Translations under genes and position numbers: made by a program
The notes under the pieces: generated by a model
Told to the model about the DNA's origin: nothing
Seen by the model: the letters and a program-made list of their open reading frames with translations, nothing else
Database searches by the model: none
DNA from: Trichomonas gallinae
Lineage: Eukaryota
Assembly (NCBI GenBank): GCA_008369845.1
Contig: MRSU01000866.1
Coordinates: 1 to 44,596 of the forward strand
Direction: 5' to 3'
DNA: 44,596 bases
Part shown: in pieces, positions 8,457-20,171 of the stretch
Layout: every line of letters begins with the position of its first letter
Numbering within the stretch: position 1 is the first letter of the stretch

Positions 8457-11015
8457 TCATAATACATCAATTCCAGCTTCTTGGACAAGAGTATTTTGCA
8501 CAGCAAAGTCCTCCAAACTGTCTAGGAATGCGAGGCTTTTTGCAACTTGAGAAGCTTCATCCTTCAGTCTTTTCGCTTTTGTGACATCAGCTTCTTCTAC
8601 TGTTTTTCCGTTTGCGATTATTGCCGACAATCTGTCAACACTGACTTCAGCGAGGTCAGCTGGATTTGTTATACCTTTCTGAACCAATATTCTCGCAATT
8701 GTTTTGGTGCAGCTTGGCAGTCTCAATAAAGGGAGTATATCAGATTGAACACCAAAGTCCAGTCTCTTTCTGAATGCTATCAAAGCAGTTCCTAGCAGTG
8801 GGCAGCCAATCTTTTCACAGAATTTAGCAGTTTGACCGGCAAAGTTGGCGCAAGTCATCTGTAAACTTTGTGCTGCTCCCCTTGAAACCCCGAATGTTTT
8901 AGTTACTTCATTCAACGGCTTTTCGTCAATCATTTCTCCAAGCAAACACGCGAAATATAATCTATCTAGGTCATGATCAATTTTCCTGTGTTTGTCATCT
9001 TTGTTCTTTCCGCCGAGTTTCCTGGTTTCAATGAAGTGTCGCTGGAACTTTGGAATATTTATTCCGCTAACCATTTCTGTCACTGTTTGGTGCTTCGATA
9101 TTATATCTTCCCATACATCAGTGTCATAATCTGGTGTTCTCTCATTTGAAATAGCTGATGGTGGAATGCAGAGATATAACATGTGAACGTCATCTTCCAA
9201 ACTCAAACCATTTTCGACGCTTTTAATGATCTGCTGCAATTCCATGCCTTCCTCGATACTCATCGCACTCTCTGCAATTGCCTTCCCTATTGGAGATACT
9301 TTTCCATCGGAGTCGATTAGATTCTTCGCTCTTAGCCTGATCAGAGAGTTTTTCGCTATGGTTTCAGCATCGAGATTTGGGTTTATTTGTGCTTCAAATG
9401 AATTTTTCACGAATTTTTTCGCTCCATCTAAACCAACAGGCAATAAATTCGTTGAGTATGACTGTAAAAGGAATCTGTCAATCAAATCATCTTCCATCAA
9501 ATGCGGGAAAACATCTTCAAGTTTTTGATTGCATAGTTGCAAGAAATCTGTCAGTTCGCTTTCTCTTTCTGTCATTGCTAGAACAACAACATCACCTCCA
9601 ACAGTTTCATCTCTGCCTGCTCTTCCTGCCATTTGTGTATACAAAGATGCAGGAATAAGTCTGTTGCCTTCACCTTGAACATATCTGTATGCTTCATAAA
9701 TGATGACTCTTGTAACGGATCTGATGTTTATACCGGCGGATAAAGTTGTTGTCGCTACAATGACAGATATTGTACTATTCTTTGCTGCTTCTTCGACAAT
9801 TTTTCTCTCTTCTAGAAGCATGCCTGCGTGATGAAATCCGACGCCATTCATTATGCATCTTGCCAAAACCTCATCGAGACCAGTATCAGTCTTTGAGAGT
9901 CTCTGGACTAATTGCTTTCTGTCACTCAACAGATAATCATCTGGAAGATCGACTTTTGGCAAATTTGGGCAATCATCGTATATATGGCAAGCAATGTATT
10001 CAGCCACAGAAACAGTTTGCTTTCTGTTATTAACGAAAACTAAAACTGTGGAGTTTTTCTTTGATTTCAAAACAGTTCTTATCGGTGCAAGAATGTGCTT
10101 CCTATCATCCTGAAAAGATTTCATTGTTGCGATTTTTTTGGCTTCATTTTTATCTGAAATGTATAACGATCCATTCATTGCCTTGAAGTAGTGCTTAATT
10201 CTTGATGGTCTAGATTCGCAAATGAAACTAAATCCATTGATCCAATTCGATAACTTTCTTACATCGCTCTCATTCAGTGTCGCTGTCAATCCTAGTATTC
10301 TTATGTTATGTTTCGCTCTTAACAAAATGCATTTTTCGATCAATGATTCTATAACAGCTCCTCTGTGGTCTTCATTAATCATATGGATTTCATCTATGAC
10401 GATTAATCTAAACTTTTTGGCATAACCGTCACGTAAAGCAGCATTAATCAAAGCGTGAGCTTTCTCGAAAGTGCATACAGCGATGCTTCCTCGCCTGAAG
10501 TCAGCACCACCTATGTTCTGATAGAAAGGACGCACACTGTGCTTGAAAAACCTTGCTTTGAATTCGGCCGTCTTTTCAGAAGCCAAAGATACGAATGGTA
10601 GAGCGTAAAGCGCTTTTCCATCAGGATCTGCTTCGAGCATCTGGGCTATTGCTATATCAGCTGCAACAGTCTTTCCTCCTGAAGTTGGCACAAGAATAAT
10701 CCCGTTTTTCCCGCTCTTCCACTCGGGCAAAGAGATCAAATCTTTCTGCCATTTGCGTAAAGTGGTAATTTTTGGTGGAGGCAGCCCGTTGACGTATGCG
10801 TGCTGTAAGAATGATGGAATGGCGAGATTTGTCATTGTTTGGTCCATATCCATCATATCCGGCTGATCTATCGTAGATTGTTTGATAATCTTCTTCTTTT
10901 TCTTCGAACTCGGACGCCGCTTGCCGTGGAGTATGCCCAAAGCATCAGGCTCTGGGTTTCGTATCTGTGGTATCATCAAATCTCGAGGAGCTCTAAAGCG
11001 GACGGGCTCAAACAT
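8457..11015 (-). CDS. HELQ: HELQ/Hel308/POLQ-like Ski2-family DNA helicase (no polymerase domain)
   Basis: 852 aa; PTSGGKT, PFVSLA, CTFEKA, DEIHM, TAT, FHHAG, ATTTLSAGIN, QMAGRAGR; C-terminal winged-helix/ratchet/HhH-like region ending ARILVQKGI. Confidence 0.85.
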   Translation of the reverse strand: MFEPVRFRAPRDLMIPQIRNPEPDALGILHGKRRPSSKKKKKIIKQSTIDQPDMMDMDQTMTNLAIPSFLQHAYVNGLPPPKITTLRKWQKDLISLPEWKSGKNGIILVPTSGGKTVAADIAIAQMLEADPDGKALYALPFVSLASEKTAEFKARFFKHSVRPFYQNIGGADFRRGSIAVCTFEKAHALINAALRDGYAKKFRLIVIDEIHMINEDHRGAVIESLIEKCILLRAKHNIRILGLTATLNESDVRKLSNWINGFSFICESRPSRIKHYFKAMNGSLYISDKNEAKKIATMKSFQDDRKHILAPIRTVLKSKKNSTVLVFVNNRKQTVSVAEYIACHIYDDCPNLPKVDLPDDYLLSDRKQLVQRLSKTDTGLDEVLARCIMNGVGFHHAGMLLEERKIVEEAAKNSTISVIVATTTLSAGINIRSVTRVIIYEAYRYVQGEGNRLIPASLYTQMAGRAGRDETVGGDVVVLAMTERESELTDFLQLCNQKLEDVFPHLMEDDLIDRFLLQSYSTNLLPVGLDGAKKFVKNSFEAQINPNLDAETIAKNSLIRLRAKNLIDSDGKVSPIGKAIAESAMSIEEGMELQQIIKSVENGLSLEDDVHMLYLCIPPSAISNERTPDYDTDVWEDIISKHQTVTEMVSGINIPKFQRHFIETRKLGGKNKDDKHRKIDHDLDRLYFACLLGEMIDEKPLNEVTKTFGVSRGAAQSLQMTCANFAGQTAKFCEKIGCPLLGTALIAFRKRLDFGVQSDILPLLRLPSCTKTIARILVQKGITNPADLAEVSVDRLSAIIANGKTVEEADVTKAKRLKDEASQVAKSLAFLDSLEDFAVQNTLVQEAGIDVL

Positions 11016-11568
11016 CGAGAAAAATTTTTAGACGAATTTGAGAGGAAAAAGCGCGCGTTTAAAAAATGAAATTGAATGAGAGGAAGTAAAACTGCTTCAC
11101 TGCTTCACCTTTTTTTGGCGCCAATTTTTGATCTTTTGCATATTGATTATTCATGCACTGAAGAGCCTATCTCTTAAATCTCGCAACTTTTTATAGAAAA
11201 CATAGGAACTTCCTCGATATCTTAAAATCAGTTGGCATCCTTTTCGTTTTAATATTTCATTATACTACTAGTTTATAGTCGATGTACAAATTTTGAAGAC
11301 ATGGTATGGATGATTTAATTTTTCAATAAAAATATATTTGAGTAATTAAGCTTGTAGTGCATAAAATATAAATTATTGTATATAAACTATTTATTCTACA
11401 AACATATCTCTATATTGATTTAAGTAACATTCTTAATTATCGCAAAAAAACTCAATGTAATATTAACAACGCCCGTATTATATGGAAATATATGGAGCTG
11501 CAAGCATGGAATGCTATTTTGTGAAAAATGATAGAATTTCTGAAATTTGAAATTGAAAATTAAAATTA

Positions 11569-12294
11569 TTATTGGTTTCGATTTGCGAGGTGTAGTGCTC
11601 TGAGTTCAAAAACAGTTAATCCATCTAAGTTTGGCTGGAAATATAGTTCTTCTCGCTCTTTTCTTTCTTTGTATAATAATTTTCGTGATTTTTCAGCTGC
11701 TCTTTCAGCATCAAACAATATTTGAGCTGCTTTGCGTTGTGATGTTTCAAATCTCTTTTGTGCATTTTCCAATGATGCTTTAAAACTAATATTTCTTTCC
11801 TTAGTCTGTAATTGCTCTGATGAAATAACACCTTTTGCGGTGATAACGTGCTCAACAACAGAAGCTGTTTGAACTCTTGCATTAGCAAACTGCATCAATT
11901 GGTTTCTGAATATACTTTTTGTAATTTCGAGTGAATTTCTAGCATTTAGTGTCACAGATTGGTTAGCAATATAAGCACCATCCATGTTAAGTTCTTTTGC
12001 GTTGGCTTTAAATGTAGGATCTATTTCAGCAAGCCAGCTAACATAAACATCTTCTGGAATTCCAGATAAACCGAAGATATTAACGTTAGGATCTGTTCTT
12101 CCTTCGAGAGCATTAGGCACTGCAGATAAATATGTACGGTGAATCTGTAAATAATGATTATTCAAATTTTTCAATGATTGCTTTACTTGATTGCAAACCG
12201 GACAGCGAAAATGTTTCGACTTTTGGTGAGAAATGAGCTGATTTTCATTATCAAAACTAGCATTGCACCAATAGCAATATACTTTTTTCATCAT
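11569..12294 (-). CDS. ZNF207: ZNF207/BuGZ-like double C2H2 zinc-finger protein
   Basis: CYWC..F.NE..LISHQKSKHFRCPVC...H..QIH....AVPNALEGR......IFGLSGIP signature; C-terminal LTVFELRA GLEBS-like motif. Confidence 0.85.
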   Translation of the reverse strand: MMKKVYCYWCNASFDNENQLISHQKSKHFRCPVCNQVKQSLKNLNNHYLQIHRTYLSAVPNALEGRTDPNVNIFGLSGIPEDVYVSWLAEIDPTFKANAKELNMDGAYIANQSVTLNARNSLEITKSIFRNQLMQFANARVQTASVVEHVITAKGVISSEQLQTKERNISFKASLENAQKRFETSQRKAAQILFDAERAAEKSRKLLYKERKEREELYFQPNLDGLTVFELRALHLANRNQ

Positions 12295-12298
12295 TTTG

Positions 12299-12416
12299 AC
12301 AAAAACGATTATTTTAGCCTCAACTAATATAGTTTACAAAACGATTATTTTTGATTCAATTTATAAAATTTACAAAACGATTATTTATAACTCAATTTAA
12401 TGAACGATTATTTTCA
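12299..12416. repeat. Four-copy AACGATTATTT array in a 148-bp divergent promoter
   Basis: AACGATTATTT at 12304, 12340, 12376 and 12403 (spacing 36, 36, 27). Confidence 0.85.
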
Positions 12417-12442
12417 ACACAATTGATCCTTCGAAAAAAAAA

Positions 12443-13720
12443 ATGAGTGAAGAAGCTCAGCCTGGCTTCTTCCAGAACATAAACATACCAAAACACATGG
12501 AGAAATATATACAAGTACTCGAGTGTATTAAGAAACTCACGATAGATAACATGGATGAAACGCTTGGATCATTGAGACATTCGTATCATCAAGAAGATTT
12601 CGATGAAGTTGCTGCAATACTTGTTTATACATCAAATTCATCGTCATGCGATTCAACAATGGCCGAAATACTAACATATAAATTGTGTATTGCATGGAAT
12701 CATTTTAATCTAGCGGTTTTAAGGGTGTTTGCATCAATGGAAACAATATCACCATACACAAAATACATCAAGAGTCTATATCAGCGCGGAATGTGGAGTT
12801 TTAAACAAGTTCAAGATTCGTTGCACGGAATTGATGGATACGACTTAGTTTTTGCAAAAGATATATCAGATAACTGTCCATATGAAGACAGATTCGATAG
12901 AATAGTTCGCGAATACCGTAAAAATGATTGGAAACTTTACGATGAAATTATAGAATGCGGATTTCCTCTCGATAGTCCAGGCTATGCGATTAAAAACGAT
13001 AACATAAATCTCCTACAAGAATTGGCGTCAAATGACGGATTTGATTATAATCAAAAAATTTTACAGGAATATTTTGGCCCGCACGAAAGATCGTTGATAT
13101 CCACAGCTGCTTACTATGGAAGTGTCAACTGCTTCAAGTTTTTGCTCCTAAACAACGCAAAAGTTGACTTATCAACATCAGAAAGCTCAGTAATGGGTGG
13201 AAACAAGCAACTGATAGACATATGCATCAAGGAGAACAAGGACCACTCAAATATGATGACTGCAGCTGTCATTTCTCATCGTGACGACTTATTCGAATGG
13301 ATCCTTGAAAATGTTCCGGACGTGAAACATGCATCGCTTTTTGACTGCGTCCGCTCGCTCAACTACAACGCTTTCTTGTACTATATTGACACACACTCGA
13401 TGATGAAGGATCCTGTACCTGCCTTGTGCATCGCAGCGCAGATGGGAATAGTTTCAATGTGCAGGGTGTTGATAGACAACGGCGCTGACACAAAAGCTGT
13501 CAATTCTATGAAAGACACAGCCCTACACTTATCAACTAAGTACCAGCACTTCTACGTGATGTCGTTCTTGTGCTCGCGCGGTGCTGACACGAATTTGAGG
13601 AATGAGATGGGAAAGACACCTTATGATATTGCCGACGACGTCAAAAATGAGAACATCCGCCAGTTTTTGAGTTACAACGGAGGAAAACCAGCCAGACTTG
13701 TTGAGAAAATGAATAAATAA
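12443..13720 (+). CDS. DUF3447-like ankyrin repeat protein
   Basis: 425 aa; GYAIKNDNI..LQ, LISTAAYYGSVNCFKFLLLN, SVMGGN..LI; C-terminal ankyrin repeats (DTALHLS, GADTN, GKTPYDIA). Confidence 0.85.
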   Translation: MSEEAQPGFFQNINIPKHMEKYIQVLECIKKLTIDNMDETLGSLRHSYHQEDFDEVAAILVYTSNSSSCDSTMAEILTYKLCIAWNHFNLAVLRVFASMETISPYTKYIKSLYQRGMWSFKQVQDSLHGIDGYDLVFAKDISDNCPYEDRFDRIVREYRKNDWKLYDEIIECGFPLDSPGYAIKNDNINLLQELASNDGFDYNQKILQEYFGPHERSLISTAAYYGSVNCFKFLLLNNAKVDLSTSESSVMGGNKQLIDICIKENKDHSNMMTAAVISHRDDLFEWILENVPDVKHASLFDCVRSLNYNAFLYYIDTHSMMKDPVPALCIAAQMGIVSMCRVLIDNGADTKAVNSMKDTALHLSTKYQHFYVMSFLCSRGADTNLRNEMGKTPYDIADDVKNENIRQFLSYNGGKPARLVEKMNK

Positions 13721-14217
13721 ATATTACTATGTTTTTATTACAATTCTCCTTCTTTTTTTCGTTATTTGAGATACAAAATTTTTATTTTCATTGAATTATC
13801 TATTTAAAATATGTTGAATTTTTTATTTTGTAGAAAATGTAACTGAATCTCAATTTAAAAATGAATGAATATCATTGTGCTTGAAAATAATAAAATATAC
13901 TTTTCAATTCGCATTGTATAGACAAGATAGGAAACAAAAATTCAATGAATTATTCTTGGAAAAACTGTTGCAAGTTATTGAAATCACACAAATAGAAGTA
14001 ATATTTCTCAACATTTGGAGATTGAAGAACTTATCATTCTAGATGTGATATCATATAGAAGTATGGGATAGAATGTTGATTGATATATTAATAGTTCGTC
14101 ATTTATGATGTATCATCAAACAAATTTTATTTATTAGAGAAATGTAGTTAAAAACTAAAATCCATAATGTACAAAACTTATATAGTAGTTATATAGATTA
14201 TATTTCTATATAAAATC

Positions 14218-14934
14218 TTATTTCTTCCATTTCAATAATAATTTTCCAAGTGAGCGCGAGAAAATCATTGCTTGTTGATAGGAAGCCTCACTAAGTTCAG
14301 TATTTCCTTGATTGAGTAAACCTATTTCATATTCAACTAAATCAACAGCATCACCTATTTTTCCAAGCATATTTCCGAGGAGAAGAGCACGATTGAGAAC
14401 TAACGCGAGTCTTGAAGTCGAATGAGAAGGAAGTTTTTGAGATGCAATTTTATAAGCCTGTTCGTAAACAGAAGCTGCTCTGTTAGAAAAGAAAGACTTT
14501 TCTTCATCATTGGCAAATTCTGTGATATATCTGTATAAATCGGCTTGTAAACGCATCATATCAACTTTAACTTCGGTATCTGTATTACCTGGAATAATTT
14601 GCTGGTCAATAATAGAAAGAACATCATGGCATGTGAACTTTAATTTCTCAAATTGCCTCGTAGCTTGATCGTGTATCAATGCTGCATATGATTCGCTCTT
14701 TTCTTGAGCGAAAGCTTCATTGTCTCGTAACTGTTTTGTTGCCGCACGTATAGGATTGACGATTGTTTGAACTAAATCGTTGAAAAAAGTCGTTTGTTTT
14801 TTATTTAATCTTGCATCCATATCAATTGCTTGCTTAAACGTAACCATTGCTGCATCACATATTCCGGCCTTGTAAAGAGATTTGGCTATAAACATTAACA
14901 GCTTCCTCTGTTTATCCAACAACGAAGAATCCAT
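14218..14934 (-). CDS. Divergent 14-3-3 family protein
   Basis: 238 aa; ADLYRYITEF, YEQAYKIA..KLPSHSTSRLALVLN, ELSEASY and terminal W. Confidence 0.8.
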   Translation of the reverse strand: MDSSLLDKQRKLLMFIAKSLYKAGICDAAMVTFKQAIDMDARLNKKQTTFFNDLVQTIVNPIRAATKQLRDNEAFAQEKSESYAALIHDQATRQFEKLKFTCHDVLSIIDQQIIPGNTDTEVKVDMMRLQADLYRYITEFANDEEKSFFSNRAASVYEQAYKIASQKLPSHSTSRLALVLNRALLLGNMLGKIGDAVDLVEYEIGLLNQGNTELSEASYQQAMIFSRSLGKLLLKWKK

Positions 14935-15603
14935 AAAAATAAATAAAAATTCACGTTATTTTTAATAAAGCACTAAAAACAACTAAAACAATACTTCCAA
15001 TATGATTACATGATGGTAAAGGAAGAAACAAGACAAGAAACTCATCATGAAGCTTGATAATATTATTTAAATTATTTCAAAATGATTTTGAGCATTTTTT
15101 AATTAAGGTAATGACTATGAAACTATAGTTTGCATATAATCAATTAAAATCAAAAGAGTATTTTGAGTTTTTTATTTTCAAAATTCTTTAATGTTATTAA
15201 GATACACGCATAGATTATAATAAATGGCAATTCTGTTTCTTACATTTTTATATGAAAACATAGCTGTTGAACTGAACAAAATGAAATTACAATTTAACTA
15301 TAAAGTGAACAATGATATCAGGATTAGAAGAATGTAGATAATTATAGAAATCTTGGTGTGATAATATATCTAAAAGACAATGGCGTAAATACGCAATTTA
15401 TCAATATTATACCTTGAAATATATTAGGAGCTGAAATGTATGCCAATTGAATTAATTTTTGTTGTTATAATTAATGCTTAATTGCATGATGCAAAATTGA
15501 GATTTCATTTTTTTTTTTGCTATTAATTTAAATTATTATAAAGCAGCTTGTATGTAATAGTAAGCTGCTATTATCCAATAATGATCTGTTAATTTATAAA
15601 GAA

Positions 15604-16329
15604 TCAGTTTTGCGAAACTAATTCAGAATCAAGTATAACTTTGACTGTGTTCACTTTGTCATCAAACACAGAAGAAATAGGGACATTTCTTGGTATCATT
15701 GCACGATCCTGACTTTCTTTATAAAGTTTAAAACTCTCTGTTAAAAGTTTTTTGTACATTGCTTCGCAGAAGTCATAAATGTTATCAGTCAGCTGTTCAC
15801 CATTAAACCATTCGTATATAATATATGAGAGCTTTGTTTGTGATAATTTAATTACAAAATATTTTGTTGTATCGTTTGATAATGTTGATAGTTGTGCAAT
15901 TGAAACTAACCCACATCTAAAGTATTTTTCATCTTTAAAGCGCTTATAAACAAGTTTTGAAGAATCTAATAATTCTGAATTTGGATAAAACTCATCTGTT
16001 TTATTAACATCCACTTGCCAGATATAATTTTGAGGCTCAATAGCTTTTCCATCTTCATTATAAATTGCGATGACAAAATTTCTTGCTAAAGATTGGTCTG
16101 GGAGCATGTAAAATACTTCCAACAGATAATTCTGATTTGGATTTATCTTATATGCTCTTGAAAAGTCTGGTATCATAATATTTCCACAGGCATTATAATA
16201 ATATTTCTTCGTAATGCTGGATTCTGTCTGCTCAATTACCTTAAATACCTTAACATAGTAAAATGCATCTTTTCCAGTCATCAGTTTAACATATACAGGT
16301 GATTTTGTCGTTTTTAGTTTTTCATCCAT
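15604..16329 (-). CDS. Hypothetical protein
   Basis: 241-aa ATG ORF in AT-rich DNA with globular composition; no recognised motif. Confidence 0.65.
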   Translation of the reverse strand: MDEKLKTTKSPVYVKLMTGKDAFYYVKVFKVIEQTESSITKKYYYNACGNIMIPDFSRAYKINPNQNYLLEVFYMLPDQSLARNFVIAIYNEDGKAIEPQNYIWQVDVNKTDEFYPNSELLDSSKLVYKRFKDEKYFRCGLVSIAQLSTLSNDTTKYFVIKLSQTKLSYIIYEWFNGEQLTDNIYDFCEAMYKKLLTESFKLYKESQDRAMIPRNVPISSVFDDKVNTVKVILDSELVSQN

Positions 16330-17659
16330 TTTGATTGGTTTTTTTTGGAAGAAAAATGATTTTTCATTTTTATATAAAAATTAGAATCTTTATATCACAT
16401 ATTTCACTTTTTGTAATATAATGTAGCCTTTTTGATATGATTTCAGCTAAAAATTTTAATTTTAAGGAATTCCTTAAAAATCTGGCCATTACACATCTAA
16501 TATACACACTTTTATGGTTAGCTATGTTTATGTCTAAAGGCTCATCGGTTATTACATAAAATATCATTTCTCATATCAGGAAAAAGGAGAAAAATGCTTT
16601 AATTCGTATGCATCTTTCAGATAAGGGTGTACTACATCTGTATTATCGATTCTCCAGTATGTATAGTTAAATTATTAAATTATAAAACGTAAAAATTAGA
16701 ATTTGTCTAAAAGATTGTCTATTTTGGCTCAAATGTGTGAAATTGCAATATATGGCTGATAATACACAAATTTCGCAATACCATAAAATATTATTTATAT
16801 TTTTATGTATAATTTTGTTCAGAATTTAGTCGCAAAATCCATGAACGCTTATATATCTAGATGTTATACACTGAAATACATATGATAATTACAATATTGT
16901 TGGAAAACTCGTAGATATCCATTAAAATAATGGCGATTAATTGCGATCTCGTTGATAATTTCAATCTAAGAAATCTATTAGCTATATTACGTTATATATC
17001 TTATAGTATGTCATTATTTAAGTGACCAATCTAATTAAAAAAGGGTTTAGGAATTGAAAATAAAAATTACAGTAAATATCTGTAAACGCTATCTGATTTT
17101 GATTCCATTTCAATATTTGTTGTTTCTGCAGCCATATGAAAACAATTTTGGAGTAACTTTGTCAAATTTTATAGGTTTTGATTCTGATCCCATACAAAAT
17201 TGTTCATTTTTTAGGTATTTGCTTTTGATATAGTGATTTTGAGGGCTTGCCTATTTGCTGGTAATGTATATGTGTTTAAAAAACGCGACCATAATATAAA
17301 AACACTAAAGAAAAATATCTTTACAAATTTAAATGTTAAAATTTTATTCCAAAATGATTAAAAGTGTCTAAAAAGAACGGAGAAAAATCGCTCTGAAAAA
17401 CTGTGCAATAAAAAGTGTTATCGGTTCTTTTATGGACGGTTTAGTTCAGCAAAAAAAGACGATATTCAGAATTTTTCTAAGCGTATTTAAATATTTGAGA
17501 TCCTTTAACAGCTTGAATTTATATCATCAGCCTTTTCCTACTAATACCGAATATATTATTAATATACCATGTTATCAATGCAATTGCAAGAGAAATTAAT
17601 TGAATTATTGTTATTTTTTAATTTTATAAACAAAATATACAAAACAAGGGACAATCGCA

Positions 17660-18202
17660 TCACATAAACAAGTCTGAGGCCTCAGGAAGGTTGTCGAATA
17701 TTCGAAAAATGTTTTCGTCAGTTAATATCTTATTGAGGGAATCGTTCTCTGATCCTTTAACCTCAGCAGTAGTACTAGCATCTACCTCTTTTTCTGAATC
17801 TGAATCTTGTATTTTATGACTCTTTCTCGGTTTTTTGATTGTTTTCTGAATAAATTTTGTTTGATTTTTGAGTTTATCTTGGTTTCTCTCTTTCAGCTTG
17901 ATTCTGTTCCTTACACCATTTGGTGATCTGTTTGGAAAATATTCTGCTATCGTTGTCCATTTTGTACCATATTCATGATACAGGTCATCGAGTATTTCAT
18001 CTTCAGCCTCAGTCCATGGAGAATTCGATAGATCAGGAGAAATATAATTAACCCACCTTTCGCGACATTGTCTTGCTGTTCTTGTTTGCATTTCTTTTGC
18101 AATCAAATCCCAGTTACCTGGGCCATTCCGGCTGATGATGTCAGTCAGCATCCTATCCTCCTCGGCGGTGAAACGCACCTTAGGAACGTGCACGCGTCTC
18201 AT
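17660..18202 (-). CDS. R2R3 Myb transcription factor
   Basis: First ATG 18202; FTAEED..L...GPGNW..IA..M.TRTARQCRERWVNY and WTEAED...YGTKW..IA.YFPNRS.N.VRNR. Confidence 0.92.
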   Translation of the reverse strand: MRRVHVPKVRFTAEEDRMLTDIISRNGPGNWDLIAKEMQTRTARQCRERWVNYISPDLSNSPWTEAEDEILDDLYHEYGTKWTTIAEYFPNRSPNGVRNRIKLKERNQDKLKNQTKFIQKTIKKPRKSHKIQDSDSEKEVDASTTAEVKGSENDSLNKILTDENIFRIFDNLPEASDLFM

Positions 18203-20171
18203 TCTGATAATTAACAAAACACAGCCAATTTTGAGTGTTATTATCAATTTTTTATGAAACCTTCATGGGAAAAAAAATATAAGGAATTAAAACAAAATAT
18301 TCCGTGTTTAGACATGGATTGCATCAGACAAACAAGACTTGGTTGAAATTTGTGCAATAATGAAAAATTTTGTTACTTATCGGAAAAATGATTATAACAG
18401 ACCGCTGGTATTATAGACACAATGGCTTAAAAATTGAGAATATTACAAAATAACAAAAAATTGAATTGATTATCAAATAAATGCTTCACAGATAAAAACT
18501 TGATAAAATCAAAGGAACATTGATATCAGTGAGATTTATCAAGCCTTCTTTCAATTCATATTGAAGCAAAAAATAGAAATGAATTGAATGCTTATGAATT
18601 TTCTGTACAATGATCGAGAAAATATCATATTATTGATACATAACCAAAATAGAATTGCCAAATAAATTTCTCCAAAATCGATAAATACAATTATTTTAAG
18701 ATATAAATAGCACACAAACGCCTTCTAAAGTCATATTAGCGGACTGTTTGGATTGTGAAGTGCTTTTCTTTCAATACATATCGTTATAGGTTATTAATCC
18801 CCATCACTTTTATACAGAACCCTACAAATCGATTTCTTTTGGTAGTATTGGGAATAAGGCCCTCCACAAAGTATAAATGTGGTTATAGATTTCAATATTC
18901 ATTCTCAATTCAAAAAGATTTTTGAAAAGCTGTGAATGAATGTGATAACCTTAGAATAACTAAACTTACATGACTCCTAAAGGCTGAAAGATATGCAGCG
19001 CAGACAAATTCTTGCAATTTTCATATTCGATTCTCAAAACTTTATAAGGAACGATGACAGTATCCTTATTTTCGTGCAAATAGTCCTGTAATATAATTAA
19101 TTGCGTTGGCAGACATATTTTATGGCATGAATTTTTTATTCAACAGTAAAATTCACATTCACATGATAACTCGTGTATTGCAATAATGAGATTACGGCAA
19201 AGAGTTATTTATCAATGGAAAACTCATTATTGGATTGGTTTGCATTGCAAAATGATAAATGGAGGCAAAGGAGATGGAATACGAGCTTAAACATACGATC
19301 GATATTAACCAATATATGATTTTAAATAATATGTTTCGATTGCACATGGTTTGCGTGCATATTTTTTGATCTTAATTTTTATTTTCAAGTTAGGACTATC
19401 AAAAGAACTACTATTTCTATATTTTAGAGTTCCTGTCTTATTTATGTATTTCAATTATGATGTTGTTGTTAAATCTAAATTAGATTAATACCAAAGTTAA
19501 CATATTTCATCATTCACGAACTGTTTATATGTATTTTACCAGAAAAGTCGAAAATAACATGATTTTTGTTATTCAAATCAAAATGATTTATAAAATTGCA
19601 TATATTGGATGATGAATGGCGCGTTTGGCTGCATTACTACCAATTAAATCGTAGATATACTTCACTCTGCCAGAAATTATGCTTGTATTCATTATCTTCG
19701 AATAAGTTGACATAACAAATGTATTTTCATATTTGATGCTTACAGATCAATAAAAATTAAAGACAATCCTGATATTTGAAAGACGTTACATATATATTAA
19801 GAGGATTCTGTCGGGCTTTTTGGGTGTTCATCAATATTGCTCATTTCTTTCACTGATAAAAAAAATTCTATTTTCACATGCAAAAACTGCAAAATCAAAC
19901 CAAAATGCATAAAAAGCACGAATTAATACACTCTTTATCTTAAATTACATACATATACGTTGCTGTGAAAAAAAATTTATAGAAACCAGTTATTGTAGAG
20001 TGCAACAGTGAAAAAAAAAAATAAAGCTCTCATAACGAAAAACTGAGTAAATGAAGCAGCAGCTTCTCAAGAAATGTTGATTTATCGAAGAAAAAACTGA
20101 TGAAGAATGCAGCATAGACAAAAGTAATAATAAAGATTATGAAATTAAATCATTATGACATGGCATTTATT

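Noticed and set aside
12299..12416. CRISPR-like repeat-spacer appearance
   Set aside because: Repeat is only 11-15 bp, linkers resemble each other, there are no cas genes, and the context is eukaryotic
15542..15569. 8-bp stem hairpin downstream of the orphan gene
   Set aside because: Short stem within chance expectation; intrinsic terminators do not apply here
18545..18615. Ankyrin-like fragment IHIEAKNRNELNAY
   Set aside because: Too short to support a pseudogene call without a search
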